In this document: positions 1 through 12,427 of the stretch, in pieces
Numbering within the stretch: position 1 is the first letter of the stretch
Layout of the letters: each line of letters starts with the position of its first letter
DNA from: Macrostomum lignano
Taxonomy: Eukaryota
DNA: 64,000 bases
Assembly (NCBI GenBank): GCA_002269645.1
Contig: NIVC01002414.1
Span: 62,001-126,000 of the forward strand
Reading direction: 5' to 3'
The notes under the pieces: generated by a model
Database searches by the model: none
What the model was told of the DNA's origin: nothing
Seen by the model: only the letters and a program-made list of their open reading frames with translations
Position numbers and translations under genes: made by a program

Positions 1-360
1 CTTTTCTTTCTTGGCCCTAAATCAATTATCAAATTAGGAACCTAATTTCTTGTTTCATTTAGAATATATAGCAGGGTGATATTTTTGTTCCAACTTAGCT
101 ACATAATAGTTTATACAATAGGAGTTAGGAGTAATCCATTCTACTATTCTATTCTAATACTATTATATGTATATTATATTTATAATTAATAATTTTGGAA
201 ACTTAAATACTAGATTACATCTTTATGCCTGACTTGCAAATGTTATTCTTTTATAGATAATATTTTGTTAATTTATTTATTATGTTTAGACTAAACATTA
301 TTAGCTAAGCTATTTTCCTAAAATTCTTATTGTTAGGTTATCCTCCTAGATCTTTGATTG

Positions 361-531
361 CATACATGTGCAACCTTGGGAATCACTCAGCCATTTCTAT
401 TGGCAAACACACATGTAAGTCGCTATTGGACAGAATAGTAGTCACGTGACTGCTCTCAGCCAATAGCAACTTACATGTGTGTGTTGCCAATAGAAATGGC
501 TGGGTGAATCCCTAGATTGCACCCAAGCATG
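361..531. mobile_element. 171-bp palindromic MITE with 8-bp TSD (CAT... termini; P- or hAT-type)
   Basis: 369-445 is a near-perfect inverted copy of 446-521, centred on GTCACGTGAC (441-450). Termini CATACATG--TGCAA versus reverse-complemented CATGCTTGGGTGCAA. Identical TTTGATTG at 353-360 and 532-539. Confidence 0.75.
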
Positions 532-554
532 TTTGATTGCTTTTTCATTACTTA

Positions 555-703
555 CTGGGCCACCCTCCCAGATCCTCAGTTGCTGGGCCAGTCTCCCAGA
601 TCCCCAGTTGCTGGGTCAGTCTCCCAGATCCCCAGTTGCTGGGCCAGTCTCCCAGATCCCTAGTTGCTGGGCCAGCCTCCCAGATCCTCAGTTGCTGGGC
701 CAG
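555..703 (+). repeat. 28-bp minisatellite (GCTGGGCCAGCCTCCCAGATCCCCAGTT), about 5 copies
   Basis: Direct tandem copies; same family as 2826-4325. Confidence 0.9.
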
Positions 704-784
704 TGGCAACCTCCTATATCGTTACAGCCATAAGTTTAGCCAACCTTCTGATCAAAAACTGCATGCACCATTAGCTGCGCAGCC

Positions 785-2254
785 ATGCTAGCCGACTGGA
801 CCCAACAAGAAGTGCTCACTGGCACAACCATCATGGCTGTTGAATACAACGGCGGCGTTGTGATTGGCGCCGACTCGCGCACCTCATCCGGAACCTACGT
901 GACCAATCGAACGCAGGACAAGCTGACGCCCCTGACCGAGTACATCTATTGCTGCCGCTCCGGTTCGGCCGCCGACACCCAGGCCATAGCTGATCACGTT
1001 CGCTATTATTTGGATTTTAGCCGAATCTCGCAGGGCCGCGAGCCGACAGTTCGATATGCGGCGCACGTTATGCAGAGCATCCTGTATAACAATAGAGATA
1101 ATCTATCCGCCGCTGTCATCGTTGCCGGTTGGGACGAAGTTAATGGTAAAAGTTTCAGCCTTTAATTTCAAACAGTCTTTTTGAAATCTGTGATATGTGA
1201 TATTGGCGCTCTCTGATTTTTAATCTTTTAATCGGCCTTCTTTTAGTCTTTTTGGTCTGTTCAGGTCTTTGTCGCTACCTAGTCTTGTTCTGGTCTTTGT
1301 CGCTACCTAGTCTTGTTCTGGTCTTTGTCGCTACCTAGTCTTGTTCTGGTCTTTGTCGCTACCTAGTCTTGTTCTGGTCTTTGTCCCTACCTAGTCTTCT
1401 GGTCTTTGTCGCTACCTAGTCTTGTTCTTGTCTTTGTCTCTACCTAGTCTTCAGGTCTTTGTCGCTACCTAGTCTTGTTCTGGTCTTTGTCCCTACCTAG
1501 TCTTGTTCTGGTCTTTGTCCCTACCTAGTCTTGTTCTGGTCTTTGTCCCTACCTAGTCTTCTGGTCTTTGTCGCTACCTAGTCTTGTTCTGGTCTTTGTC
1601 GCTACCTAGTCTTGTTCTGGTCTTTGTCCCTACCTAGTCTTCTGGTCTTTGTCGCTACCTAGTCTTGTTCTTGTCTTTGTCCCTACCTAGTCTTCAGGTC
1701 TTTGTCGCTACCTAGTCTTGTTCTGGTCTTTGTCGCTACCTAGACTTGTTCTGGTCTCTGTCCCTACCTAATCTTTTAGTCTTTGTCTCCAGAACTTGTT
1801 AAGGTATTTGTCCCCAAATCAGTCTTTTTCAGGTGGTCTTTATTCTCTAGTTGTCTTCCATTTTCTTTCTCTAGTCTTAGTTTTCCCCTATTTTATTGTA
1901 GACCCAGTATTCGGTTATCTTTGACTGTATACGCCTGCATATAAATCTGCCAATTGCTTGTGCGTGTCCGCAGGCGGCCAGGTGTACTGCATCCCCCTTG
2001 GCGGCCTGCTAGTCCGTCAGCCAATGGCAGCCGGCGGCTCCGGCAGCACCTACATCTGGGGCCACCTGGACGCTCAGTTCAAGCCCGGCATGACCGACAC
2101 CGAATGCCAGGAGTTCGTTGCCAAATCTGTCAGCCTGGCTATCAAACGCGACGGTTCCAGCGGTGGCGTCTGTCGTTTAGCCGTAATTAATCGAAGCGGC
2201 GTACAACGGCGCATTATCATGCACGAAGATTTGCCTAAGTCGTACGATGGCTAA
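785..2254 (+). CDS. PSMB6: 20S proteasome subunit beta type-6 (beta1), join(785..1145,1974..2254), 213 aa
   Basis: LTG|TTIMAVEYNGGVVIGADSRTS with catalytic Thr1, DKL Lys33, GGSGS and RDGSSGG motifs. Phase-1 GT-AG intron 1146-1973 restores WDEVNGGQVYCIPLGG. AATAAA at 2311. Confidence 0.95.
1262..1790 (+). repeat. 28-bp minisatellite (GGTCTTTGTCGCTACCTAGTCTTGTTCT) in the PSMB6 intron
   Basis: About 19 tandem copies, some with a 3-bp deletion. Confidence 0.9.
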
Positions 2255-2825
2255 ACTAATTATAACAATATTGATTGTATGGCAATTTTACTTGCTAAAT
2301 CTTTTCGGTTAATAAATAGAAAACAATTAATACGCTAGTTTGACTACTGATGCTAGTAGAAAAGCAGACATTTTAAGCAAAGTTTCAAATGACTTCGGTA
2401 ATAATATGGGATTCTGTTATTTAACCGGGATGGTCTCTGTACTTCTAATTCATATGTACTAAGAATTTGGTAATCCAGCCTTCTCTGACCAGTCGTGTCA
2501 CGAATACAAGTAGTTTTACCAGTATATAAATAAGCCTGTTCAATTATATGTACCTTATGCAACTTTCTATTAATGTGCTGGCAATGCGGCAATATGGCAT
2601 TGCCATTGTGCGATTTTCGCGCCTAAATATATTACTACAAAACTGCAGACCAGTGCGTCGCTGCTGCGCTACTCTGCTTTCAACTGCTCTCCCAGTTTAG
2701 CAAAATACTTTAGTAATTAAAAACCTTTTGTTGAGTCGATTTTTTTCTGCTTAGGCCTAAAACAACATGCACCGGCATTGTCCGCCAGTTACTCCTCCTG
2801 CGTGTAGGTACTTGTGGACCGAGAC

Positions 2826-4325
2826 CCTCAGCTGCTTGGCCAGCCTCCCAGATCCCCAGTTGCTGAGCCAGCCTTCCAGATCCCCAGTTGCTGGGCCAGC
2901 CTCCCACATCCTCAGCTGCTTGGCCAGCCTCCCAGATCCCCAGCTGCTTGGCCAGCCTCCCACATGCTCAGCTGCTTGGCCAGCCTCCCAGATCCCCAGT
3001 TGCTTGGCCAGCCTCCCAGATCCCCAGTTGCTGGGCCAGCCTCCCAGATCCCCAGTTGCTGGGCCAGCCTCCCAGATCCCCAGTTGCTGAGCCAGCCTTC
3101 CAGATCCTCTGTTGCTGGGCCAGCCTCCCAGATCCCCAGTTGCTGAGCCAGCCTTCCAGATCCTCTGTTGCTGGGCCAGCCTCCCAGATCCCCAGTTGCT
3201 GAGCCAGCCTTCCAGATCCTCTGTTGCTGGGCCAGCCTCCCAGATCCCCAGTTGCTGAGCCAGCCTTCCAGATCCTCTGTTGCTGGGCCAGCCTTCCAGA
3301 TCCCCAGTTGCTGAGCCAGCCTTCCAGATCCCCAGTTGCTGAGCCAGCCTTCCAGATCCTCTGTTGCTGGGCCAGCCTCCAGATCCCCAGTTGCTGGGCC
3401 AGCCTCCCAGATCCCCAGTTGCTGGGCCAGCCTCCCAGATCCCCAGTTGCTGGGCCAGCCTCCCAGATCCCCAGTTGCTAAGCCAGCCTCCCAGATCCTC
3501 AGTTGCTGGGCCAGCCTCCCAGATCCTCAGTTGCTGGGCCAGCCTCCCAGACCCTCAGCTGCTTGGCCAGCCTCCCAGATCCCCAGTTGCTAAGCCAGCC
3601 TCCCAGATCCTCAGTTGCTGGGCCAGCCTCCCAGATCCTCAGTTGCTGGGCCAGCCTCCCAGACCCTCAGCTGCTTGGCCAGCCTCCCAGATCCCCTGTT
3701 GCTGAGCCAGCCTTCCAGATCCTCTGTTGCTGGGCCAGCCTTCCAGATCCTCAGTTGCTGGGCCAGCCTCCCAGACCCTCAGCTGCTTGGCCAGCCTCCC
3801 AGATCCTCAGCTGCTTGGCCAGCCTCCCAGATCCCCAGTTGCTGAGCCAGCCTTCCAGATCCTCTGTTGCTGGGCCAGCCTTCCAGATCCTCTGTTGCTG
3901 GGCCAGCCTTCCAGATCCCCAGTTGCTGGGCCAGCCTCCTAGATCCCCAGTTGCTGGGCCAGCCTCCTAGATCCCCAGTTGCTGGGCCAGCCTCCTAGAT
4001 CCCCAGTTGCTGGGCCAGCCTCCCAGATCCTCAGTTGCTGGGCCAGCCTCCCAGACCCTCAGTTGCTGGGCCAGCCTTCCAGATCCCCAGTTGCTGGGCC
4101 AGCCTCCCAGATCCCCAGTTGCTGGGACAGCCTTCCAGATCCCCAGTTGCTGGGCCAGCCTCCTAGATCCCCAGTTGCTGGGCCAGCCTCCCAGATCCTC
4201 AGTTGCTGGGCCAGCCTCCCAGATCCTCAGTTGCTGGGCCAGCCTCTCATTGTCAGTTTCTGACCTAGCCTCTCAGAATCTTTAGTTGCTAGGCCAGCCT
4301 CCAAAATCCCCAGTTGCTGGGCCAC
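2826..4325 (+). repeat. 28-bp minisatellite, same family as 555-703
   Basis: About 55 copies with 19-bp and 28-bp variants; source of the spurious CWASLPDPQLL ORFs. Confidence 0.95.
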
Positions 4326-4519
4326 CGTCACTCTCCAAAATTCAGAGTGCTTTGTAACTCAAACTTTAAAAATTTATTGTTTATGGTCAAAGTAACAATA
4401 AAAATTTAATCTCCAAGCTAAAGAGCTTTTGCAAAGGCTGAAAAAATAATCATTTAAATAAAAATATAGAAGAGCCTCCAACCGAAGTTATCGCTCACGG
4501 GCACCACAGTCTACTTATC

Positions 4520-7500
4520 ATGGCCGCCTGTCTCAAGCTACATGTACTACCACTGCTAGCTCCAGTAGTATTGCAACTAGTCATCTGCCTAGCAACTGAC
4601 GCAATCAGTTTCGGGTTAAGTTCCGGCTCGAAAAAGCGAACGCCAGCCACAGTCACCGGGCCAAGGACTCGCGCCACGAAGAAGCGATCGTTTGGAACTT
4701 CTGGCAATGGAAGTTCGTCGCCATTCGACACTGAGACCAACAGTCCGTTTATGTTTCTACTGCGCAGTGCTATTAATAATCCGGTTACCTATCTGCACTC
4801 GGTGCTAGTTGACCAGCTAGTTATTGTGCCCTGTTACTATGGAAACGATGGTAGACAGTTTGGCATTAGCAACCAGTTGGATATGGCCTGGTACCGCAGG
4901 CTGGACTCTATGCATCATCCGAGAACTTTTCCTAGCATTAACGATGGCGAAGGAAAACTAGTGGTGAGCAGGATATGGCTTTCACCGTCAGTTGATCCGC
5001 AGTATATGCTTGTGACTTTTCCAAAATCCTCGATGATCTTCCGTCCAGATCCTCGCTAATTCTAACAGATCCTCAGTAACCCTCCCGAATCCCCAGTACC
5101 TTTCCCAGATCTCAGTAACCCACCCGGATCTTCAGTACCTTTCGCAGATCTCAGTAACCCTCCCGGATCTTTAGTACCTTTCCCAGATCCTCAGTAACCC
5201 TCCCGGATCTTTAGTATCTTTCCCAGATCCTCAGTAACCCTCTAAGTCTCAGATCTCAGGAACCTTCCCAGATCCTCATTAACCCTCTCAGATCCTTAGT
5301 ACCGCTTCCAGATCCTCAGTTACCCCTTCTAGAGCCTCACTACCCCTTCCAGATCCTCAGTACCCCTTCCAGAGTCTCAGTACCCCATCCTGATCCTCAG
5401 TACCCCTTCCAGAGCCTCAGTACCCCTTCCAGAGCCTCAGTACCCCTTCGAGAGCCTCAATACCCCTTCCAGAGCCTTAGTACTCTTCCCAGATCCTCAG
5501 TACCCCTTCCAGAGCCTCAGTACCCCTTCCAGATCCTCAGTACCCCTTCCAGAGCCTCAGTTCCCCTTCCAGATCCTCAGTACCCCTTTCAGAGGCTCAG
5601 TACCCCATCCAGAGCCTTAGTGCCCCTTTCAGATCCTCAGTACTCCTTCCAGAGCCTCAGTACCCTTTCCAGGTCCTCAGTACCCAATTCCAAAGCCTCA
5701 GTACCCCTTCCAGAGGCTCAGTACCCCATCCAGAGCCTTAGTGCCCCTTTCAGATCCTCAGTACTCCTTCCAGAGCCTCAGTACCCTTTCCAGGTCCTCA
5801 GTACCCAATTCCAAAGCCTCAGTACCCCTCCCAGATCACGAAACCCTTGCATTACATCTACATTCACTGCACCCTCTCAGCTCCTCTCATGGAGCCACAC
5901 GGCAAAACCTGCACCATTACAGAACTCAAGATTTTGATTACCCAGAATTGGTCTTTATCATGATGTAGAGCAGCATTATATACTACACTTCCATAATCCT
6001 TAAAATATCCCTTATAGGTGATGGAGCCCATTATTGGACACAACTGGTTCCTATGCGACACAGCCTTCACTTCGAAGGTTCAACACGCCAAGAAGTACAA
6101 CATGTTCTATAGCGAATTTAAGAAGGGCCAGCTGAACATGGATTGGAACTATTATCAGGACTTTTCAGAGTTCAGCCGAGGCCAATTCAAGCATCACTTG
6201 TTTGCTAATGAGCTGGCAGTCACAGAGATTTTCGTGTTTATGAATGCCACGCTGAAAATTTTTCGCAGCGGCGCATCGTTCGATATTGAGAAGCTGACAC
6301 GGCCGCAGGAGATGGGGCAAGTCTGCGCTTGGGTTGTAGGATAACTAATGAAGTCTGACAGTCGATCTACTCAAATCTGACATGTCTCCGATCTACTCAA
6401 ATCTGACATCTCTCCGATCTACTCAAATCTGACATGTCTCCGATCTACTCAAATCTGAGATCTCTCCGATCTACTCAAATCTGACATGTCTCCGATCTAC
6501 TCAAATCTGAGATCTCTCCGATCTACTCAAATCTGACATGTCATCTCTCCGATCTACTCAAATCTGACATCTCTCCGATCTACTCAAATCTGACATCTCT
6601 CCGATCTTCTCAAATCTGACATCTCTCCGATCTACTCAAATCTGACATGTCTCCGAGCTACTCAAATCTGACATCTCTATGATCTACTCAAATCTGACAT
6701 CTCTATGATCTTCTCAAATATGACATCTCTCCGATCTACTCAAATCTGACATCTCTCCGATCTACTCAAATCTGACATCTCTCCGATCTACTCAAATCTG
6801 ACATCTCTCCGATCTACTCAAATCTGACATCTCTCCGATCTACTCAAATCTGACATCTCTCCGATCAACTCAAATCTGACATCTCTCTGATCTAATCAAA
6901 TCTGAACATCTCTCTGATCTACTCAAATCTGACATCTCTCCGATCTACTCAAATCTGACATCTCTCTGATCTAATCAAATCTGAACATCTCTCTGATCTA
7001 CTCAAATCTGACATCTCTCCGATCTACTCAAATCTGACATCTCTCCGATCTACTCAAATCTGACATCTCTCTGATCTAATCAAATCTGAACATCTCTCCG
7101 ATCAACTCAAATCTGACATCTCTCTGATCTACTCAAATCTGACATGTCTCCGATCTACTCAAGCCTGGTATCCATCTGATCAAACTTTAATCTACGTAAG
7201 TTTCTAATTCAAGCAAAGTCGAAATTCATTTACAGCCTATTCAAGCTGACCTTGCTCAGACTGCTCGAGTCCGAGTGTCGCGACAATGTGGATCAGTACT
7301 GCGAAAATCCCACCGTAGACATTCTGATCCCAGTATTCGACAATGAAAACAGCGTGACAATTCAGGGCAAACTGAAACTCTATCTATCCAATCAGAAGTT
7401 GCTCAAATTGGGTGCCGAGTCGTTTATTGAGAATCGGAAAAATGCTATTAAACGGGTGAGTTTGGTGTTAATGACCGACTCAGCAGTAAAGCGTGTCAGA

Positions 7501-9583
7501 CTCGACCCATGGTTCGATTCCGTTTTCACACCCACCTATGAGGGCCAACCCCCAAGGCACAGAGTGTGTTCAAATGTCTGACAAATGACTTCCTCATTGT
7601 CAGGCCTGTGAATAACACCCCGAATACTTTTATTCAGAACGCAGTCCGCTGGAACATCACCGGCCAGTCGATCGATTTGGGTCCGCTGGGCTCCTTGAAT
7701 CCGCACCCGCTGCTGCTGACGCTGGTGATCACGGCAAAGCCGCAAGTTAAAAGTGATTGCGTCGGCAGCGGCTCTTATTTGAGCGTTAAGTACGACTGGG
7801 AGTGCGGTGAGTGCACAGCTGATGTCTCCCAGGTTCCAAACACACTCAAATGTGATTCCCCAAGACACTCAAATGTGATTCCCCAAGACACTCAAATGTG
7901 ATTCCCCAAGACACTCAAATGTGATTCCCCAAGACACTCAAATGTGATTCCCCAAGACACTCAAAGCGGTTCCAAAGACACCCAAAAGCGGTTCCAAAGA
8001 CACCCTAAAGCGGTTCCAAAGACACCCTAAAGCGGTTCCAAAGATACCCTAAAGCGGTTTCAAAGATACCCTAAAGCGGTTCCAATGACACCCAAAAGCG
8101 TTTCCAAAGACACCCTAAAGCGGTTCCAAAGACACCCTAAAGCGTTTCCAAAGACACCCTAAAGCGGTTCCAAAGACACCCTAAAGCGGTTCCAAAGATA
8201 CCCTAAAGCGGTTCCAAAGACACCCTAAAGCGGTTCCAATGACACTCAAAAGCGGTTCCAAAGACACCCTAAAGCGGTTCCAAAGACACCCTAAAGCGGT
8301 TCCAAAGATACCCTAAAGCAGTTCCAAAGACACCCTAAAGCGGTTCCAAAGATACCCTTAAGCGGTTCCAAAGACACCCTAAAGCGGTTCCAAAGATACC
8401 CTAAAGCGGTTCCAAAGACACCCCAAAGCGGTTCCAATGACACCCAAAAGCGGTTCCAAAGACACCCCAAAGCGGTTCCAATGACACCCAAAAGCGGTTC
8501 CAAAGACACCCCAAAGCGGTTCCAATGACACCCAAAAGCGTTTCCAAAGACACTCAAAAGCAGTTCCAATGACACCCAAAAGCGTTTCCAAAGACACTCA
8601 AAAGCAGTTCCAATGACACCCAAAAGCGTTTCCAAAGACACTCAAAAGCAGTTCCAAAGACACCCTAAAGCGGTTCCAAAGACACCCTAAAGCGGTTCCA
8701 ATGACACCCTAAAGCGGTTCCAAAGACACTCAAAAGCAGTTCCAATGACACCCAAAAGCGTTTCCAAAGACACTCAAAAGCAGTTCCAAAGACACCCTAA
8801 AGCGGTTCCAAAGACACCCTAAAGCGGTTCCAATGACACCCAAAAGCGGTTCCAAAGACACTCAAAAGCAGTTCCAAAGACACCCTAAAGCGGTTCCAAA
8901 GACACTCAAAAGCAGTTCCAATGACACCCAAAAGCGGTTCCAAAGACACCCCAAAGCGGTTCCAATGACACCCAAAAGCGGTTCCAAAGACACCCCAAAG
9001 CGGTTCCAATGACACCCAAAAGCGTTTCCAAAGACACTCAAAAGCGCGGTTCCAAAGACACCCAAAAGTGGTCCCAGACACTCAAAATGGTTCCCATGAA
9101 CCTATTTTTCTCCTAATCCAACTCCCATTTCCCCGCTCAGTGCTCTGCCGCCCCGGCTATCACCTGAAAAATCAGCCGTGGATTCAAGCCGCCTCAGAGA
9201 AGAACTCCATCTGTCACATGTGCCCAGTGGGCACCTACTCAAGCGACTGGGGCAGCGTTGACTGTCACGAATGCCCTCCGTCCTACACTACTAGAAAAGT
9301 TGGCTCAACTAAACAGTTCGACTGCATCCCCGTGGCCACGTACAAGATGGAGAACAATATTAAAGAGCTGTTGACATATTTTGGCGTCGATGAGTCCGAC
9401 GAGTACAAGAAATTCACTATGCTGGCTGTGTTTCTACTGTCGCCTTGGCTAGTTTTTGTTATCTGCGTGAGTTTTTTTTGTTTTGACACTTGCTGATTAT
9501 GCTACTGCTAGTAATATTATTGATTTTTAATATGCTTATTTTGCTAACATGTGTTGGAACAACGATATAATTTCTTTGGTTGG

Positions 9584-9617
<34 letters not shown>

Positions 9618-9642
9618 AATTTATTGATTTATTGATTGATCA

Positions 9643-9682
<40 letters not shown>

Positions 9683-9731
9683 ATTGATTAATTAATTGAT
9701 TTATTCATTGATAAATTGATTGATTGATTGC

Positions 9732-9775
<44 letters not shown>

Positions 9776-9890
9776 TTGATTGATTGGTTGATTAATTGAT
9801 TGATTTATTCATTGATAAATTGATTGATTGATTGATTGCTTGATTGATTGATTGATTGATTGACTGGTTGATTGGTTGATTGATTGATTA

Positions 9891-9924
<34 letters not shown>

Positions 9925-9926
9925 CA

Positions 9927-9989
<63 letters not shown>

Positions 9990-10136
9990 TATTGGTTGAT
10001 TAATTGATTGATTTATTGATTGATCAATTGATCAATTGATTGATTGATTGGTTGATTGATTGATTAGTTGACTGATTGATTGATTGATCAATTGATCAAT
10101 TGATTGATTGATTGGTTGGTTGATTGATTAGTTGAC

Positions 10137-10170
<34 letters not shown>

Positions 10171-10238
10171 ATTGCTTGCTTGCTTGATTGATTGATTGAT
10201 TGATTGGTTGATTAATTGATTGATTTATTCATTGATAA

Positions 10239-10269
<31 letters not shown>

Positions 10270-10339
10270 TATTGATTGATTATTTGATTAATTGATTGAT
10301 TGATTGGTTGGTTGATTGATTGATTGATTGATTGGTTGG

Positions 10340-10373
<34 letters not shown>

Positions 10374-10398
10374 AATTGATTGATTTATTGATTGATCA

Positions 10399-10429
<31 letters not shown>

Positions 10430-10880
10430 AATTGATTGATTTATTGATTGATCAATTGATTGATTGGTTGGTTGATTGGTTGACTGCTTGATTGATTGAT
10501 TGATTGGTTGATTAATTGATTGATTTATTGATTGATCAATTGATTGGTTGACTGCTTGATTGATTGATTGATTGATTGATTAATTGCTTTATTGATTGAT
10601 TGTGTGACTGATTTATAGATTGGTTGTAATAAAGTTACAAATCATAAATTTATTATAACGATTGCCAGCTCAATCGCATACAAAAGTCAATTACTCTTTA
10701 TGGCAAATATTGACACCGCCAACCCCCTGGAACCGGCAGCTGCTGGTATCCCTAGCCTACGGTTACAGCGAAGTGACAGATTCCGAGAAGCGGTTCCAAC
10801 TCGAACGCGAGCTCGGCTCCATACTGCTGCGAATTCGGCGAAACTACAATGTGCTGATGGCCGAGCACCAACGATTGTAG
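4520..10880 (+). CDS. Type I membrane protein: signal peptide, Ig-like domain, Cys-rich ephrin-receptor-like (GCC2/GCC3) repeat, TM, cytoplasmic tail; possibly ZPBP/Sp38-like. Exons 4520..4963, 6018..6316, 7236..7806, 9141..9466, 10669..10880
   Basis: Phase-compatible splice sites: GTG|GTGAGC, TTATAG|GTG, GG|GCAAGT, TTTACAG|C, G|GTGAGT, CTCAG|TG, TGC|GTGAGT, GCCAG|CTC. Hydrophobic N-terminus; VPC...AWY...FLC Ig pattern; CHMCPVGTYSSDWGSVDCHECPPSYTT; TM segment MLAVFLLSPWLVFVIC. Needs two +1 corrections (near 7553 and 10685) for about 617 aa. AATAAA at 11023. Confidence 0.7.
5065..5835 (+). repeat. About 20-bp minisatellite (CAGTACCCCTTCCAGAGCCT) in intron 1 of the membrane-protein gene
   Basis: Tandem copies visible directly. 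Confidence 0.9.
6352..7162 (+). repeat. 26-bp minisatellite (CTCCGATCTACTCAAATCTGACATCT) in intron 2
   Basis: About 30 tandem copies. Confidence 0.92.
7840..9075 (+). repeat. 22-bp minisatellite (CAAAGACACCCTAAAGCGGTTC and variants), intronic
   Basis: About 55 tandem copies. Confidence 0.92.
9585..10610 (+). repeat. (GATT)n degenerate microsatellite, intronic
   Basis: About 1 kb of GATT/GGTT units. Confidence 0.95.
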
Positions 10881-11539
10881 AATGCGTGCTCCCAGCCGTA
10901 AATCATCATCAGATAGATTATATTATTGTAATATTACTACTATATGCAGTAGCGAATATAGTGTCATCACTTTTTGGGATGCTCGTACAACAAAGCTGCG
11001 TTATAATTCTGCATAATAACAAAATAAATTTTAATTAAAAAAAACAGGTCCTTTGGTTTTTCCAGAAATTAAAAAAAATTAAAATAAGAATTAATTTTCA
11101 AAACATTCTACTGATATTACAACTTTCGATAGTAGTCTGGAACATATTTGCGCAAAAAACAATAGTGCAAAATAAATGCGTAATAACTGCAGCAGCAGAA
11201 GAAGCAGAAGCAGCAGAAGCCACCATTCAATTCTTCACAGTTGCACTCTGCTGAGAGGACAGAGAGAAGAAATTTTCTGCATTTTGTGAAGCACTGTGTC
11301 TACACACTGGCACACACACACACATACCCGTGCACACTGTGTCTGGCGCCACTGCCACTATTTAGGTGGTACCATTGTAGCTAACTGTCACTGTACTGTA
11401 ACCATGCGGCCATTATAGCAGCAGTTCGAGGAGATTGTCTTCAATAAACTGTCTTACTTATAATCGGAATTTACCCTATGGCACAATGAATAAGATGTCA
11501 ACTTCAAAAAGTAATAATATCACAAGCTCACTATTTCAC

Positions 11540-12115
11540 GGGGTCACCAATTTCACAGGATCACAATTTCACAGGATAACAGTTTCACAGGATCACAGTT
11601 TCACAGGATCACAACTTCACAGGATCACAATTTAACAAGATCACAATTTACAAGATCATAATTTCACAAGATCACAATTTCACAAGATCACAATTTCACA
11701 ATACCACAATTTCACAAGATCACAATTTCACAATACCACAATTTCACAAGATCACAATTTCACAAGATCACAATTTCACAAGATCACAATTTCACAAGAT
11801 CACAATTTCACAAGATCACAATTTCACAATACCACAATTTCACAATTTCATAATTTCACAATTTCACAATTTCACAATTTCACAATTTCACAAGATCACA
11901 ATTTCACAAGATCACAATTTCACAAGATCACAATTTCACAAGATCACAATTTCACAAGATCACAATTTCACAAGATCACAATTTCACAAGATCACAATTT
12001 CACAATACCACAATTTCACAATTTCATAATTTCACAATTTCACAATTTCACAATTTCACAATTTCACAATTTCACAAGATCATAATTTCACAATATCACA
12101 AGCTCAAAGGATCAC
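11540..12115 (+). repeat. 16-bp minisatellite (ATCACAATTTCACAAG) with 9-bp sub-repeats
   Basis: Tandem copies visible directly. Confidence 0.9.
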
Positions 12116-12427
12116 AGCTTCACACGATCATATCGAACCAGTTCACAGTTCGCTAGGGGCGGGCGGTTGCCGGCTGTGCTATACTTAACTATTCATAATA
12201 GCCAATTATTATTTTTATTTCATATCATTTTTTCGCGCTTTGCTGAGAGAATTTTGGGATTTAATGGCTTTTCTATATGGACTGTTATAGTTAGCCAAGG
12301 CTATATATGTACGAGCTACCAGCGCGTATGCTTCTACACTTTGCAGTTTCTGTTCTCCTATCTCGTTGCTATCTGCAGCTGCCTCACTCTGATCCCCGCA
12401 CGCAAAGTGTCATCTACGAGTATTTCC

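Noticed and set aside
2710-4285. Many 60-155-aa ORFs (CWASLPDPQLL...)
   Set aside because: Translations of a 28-bp satellite, open in several frames at once.
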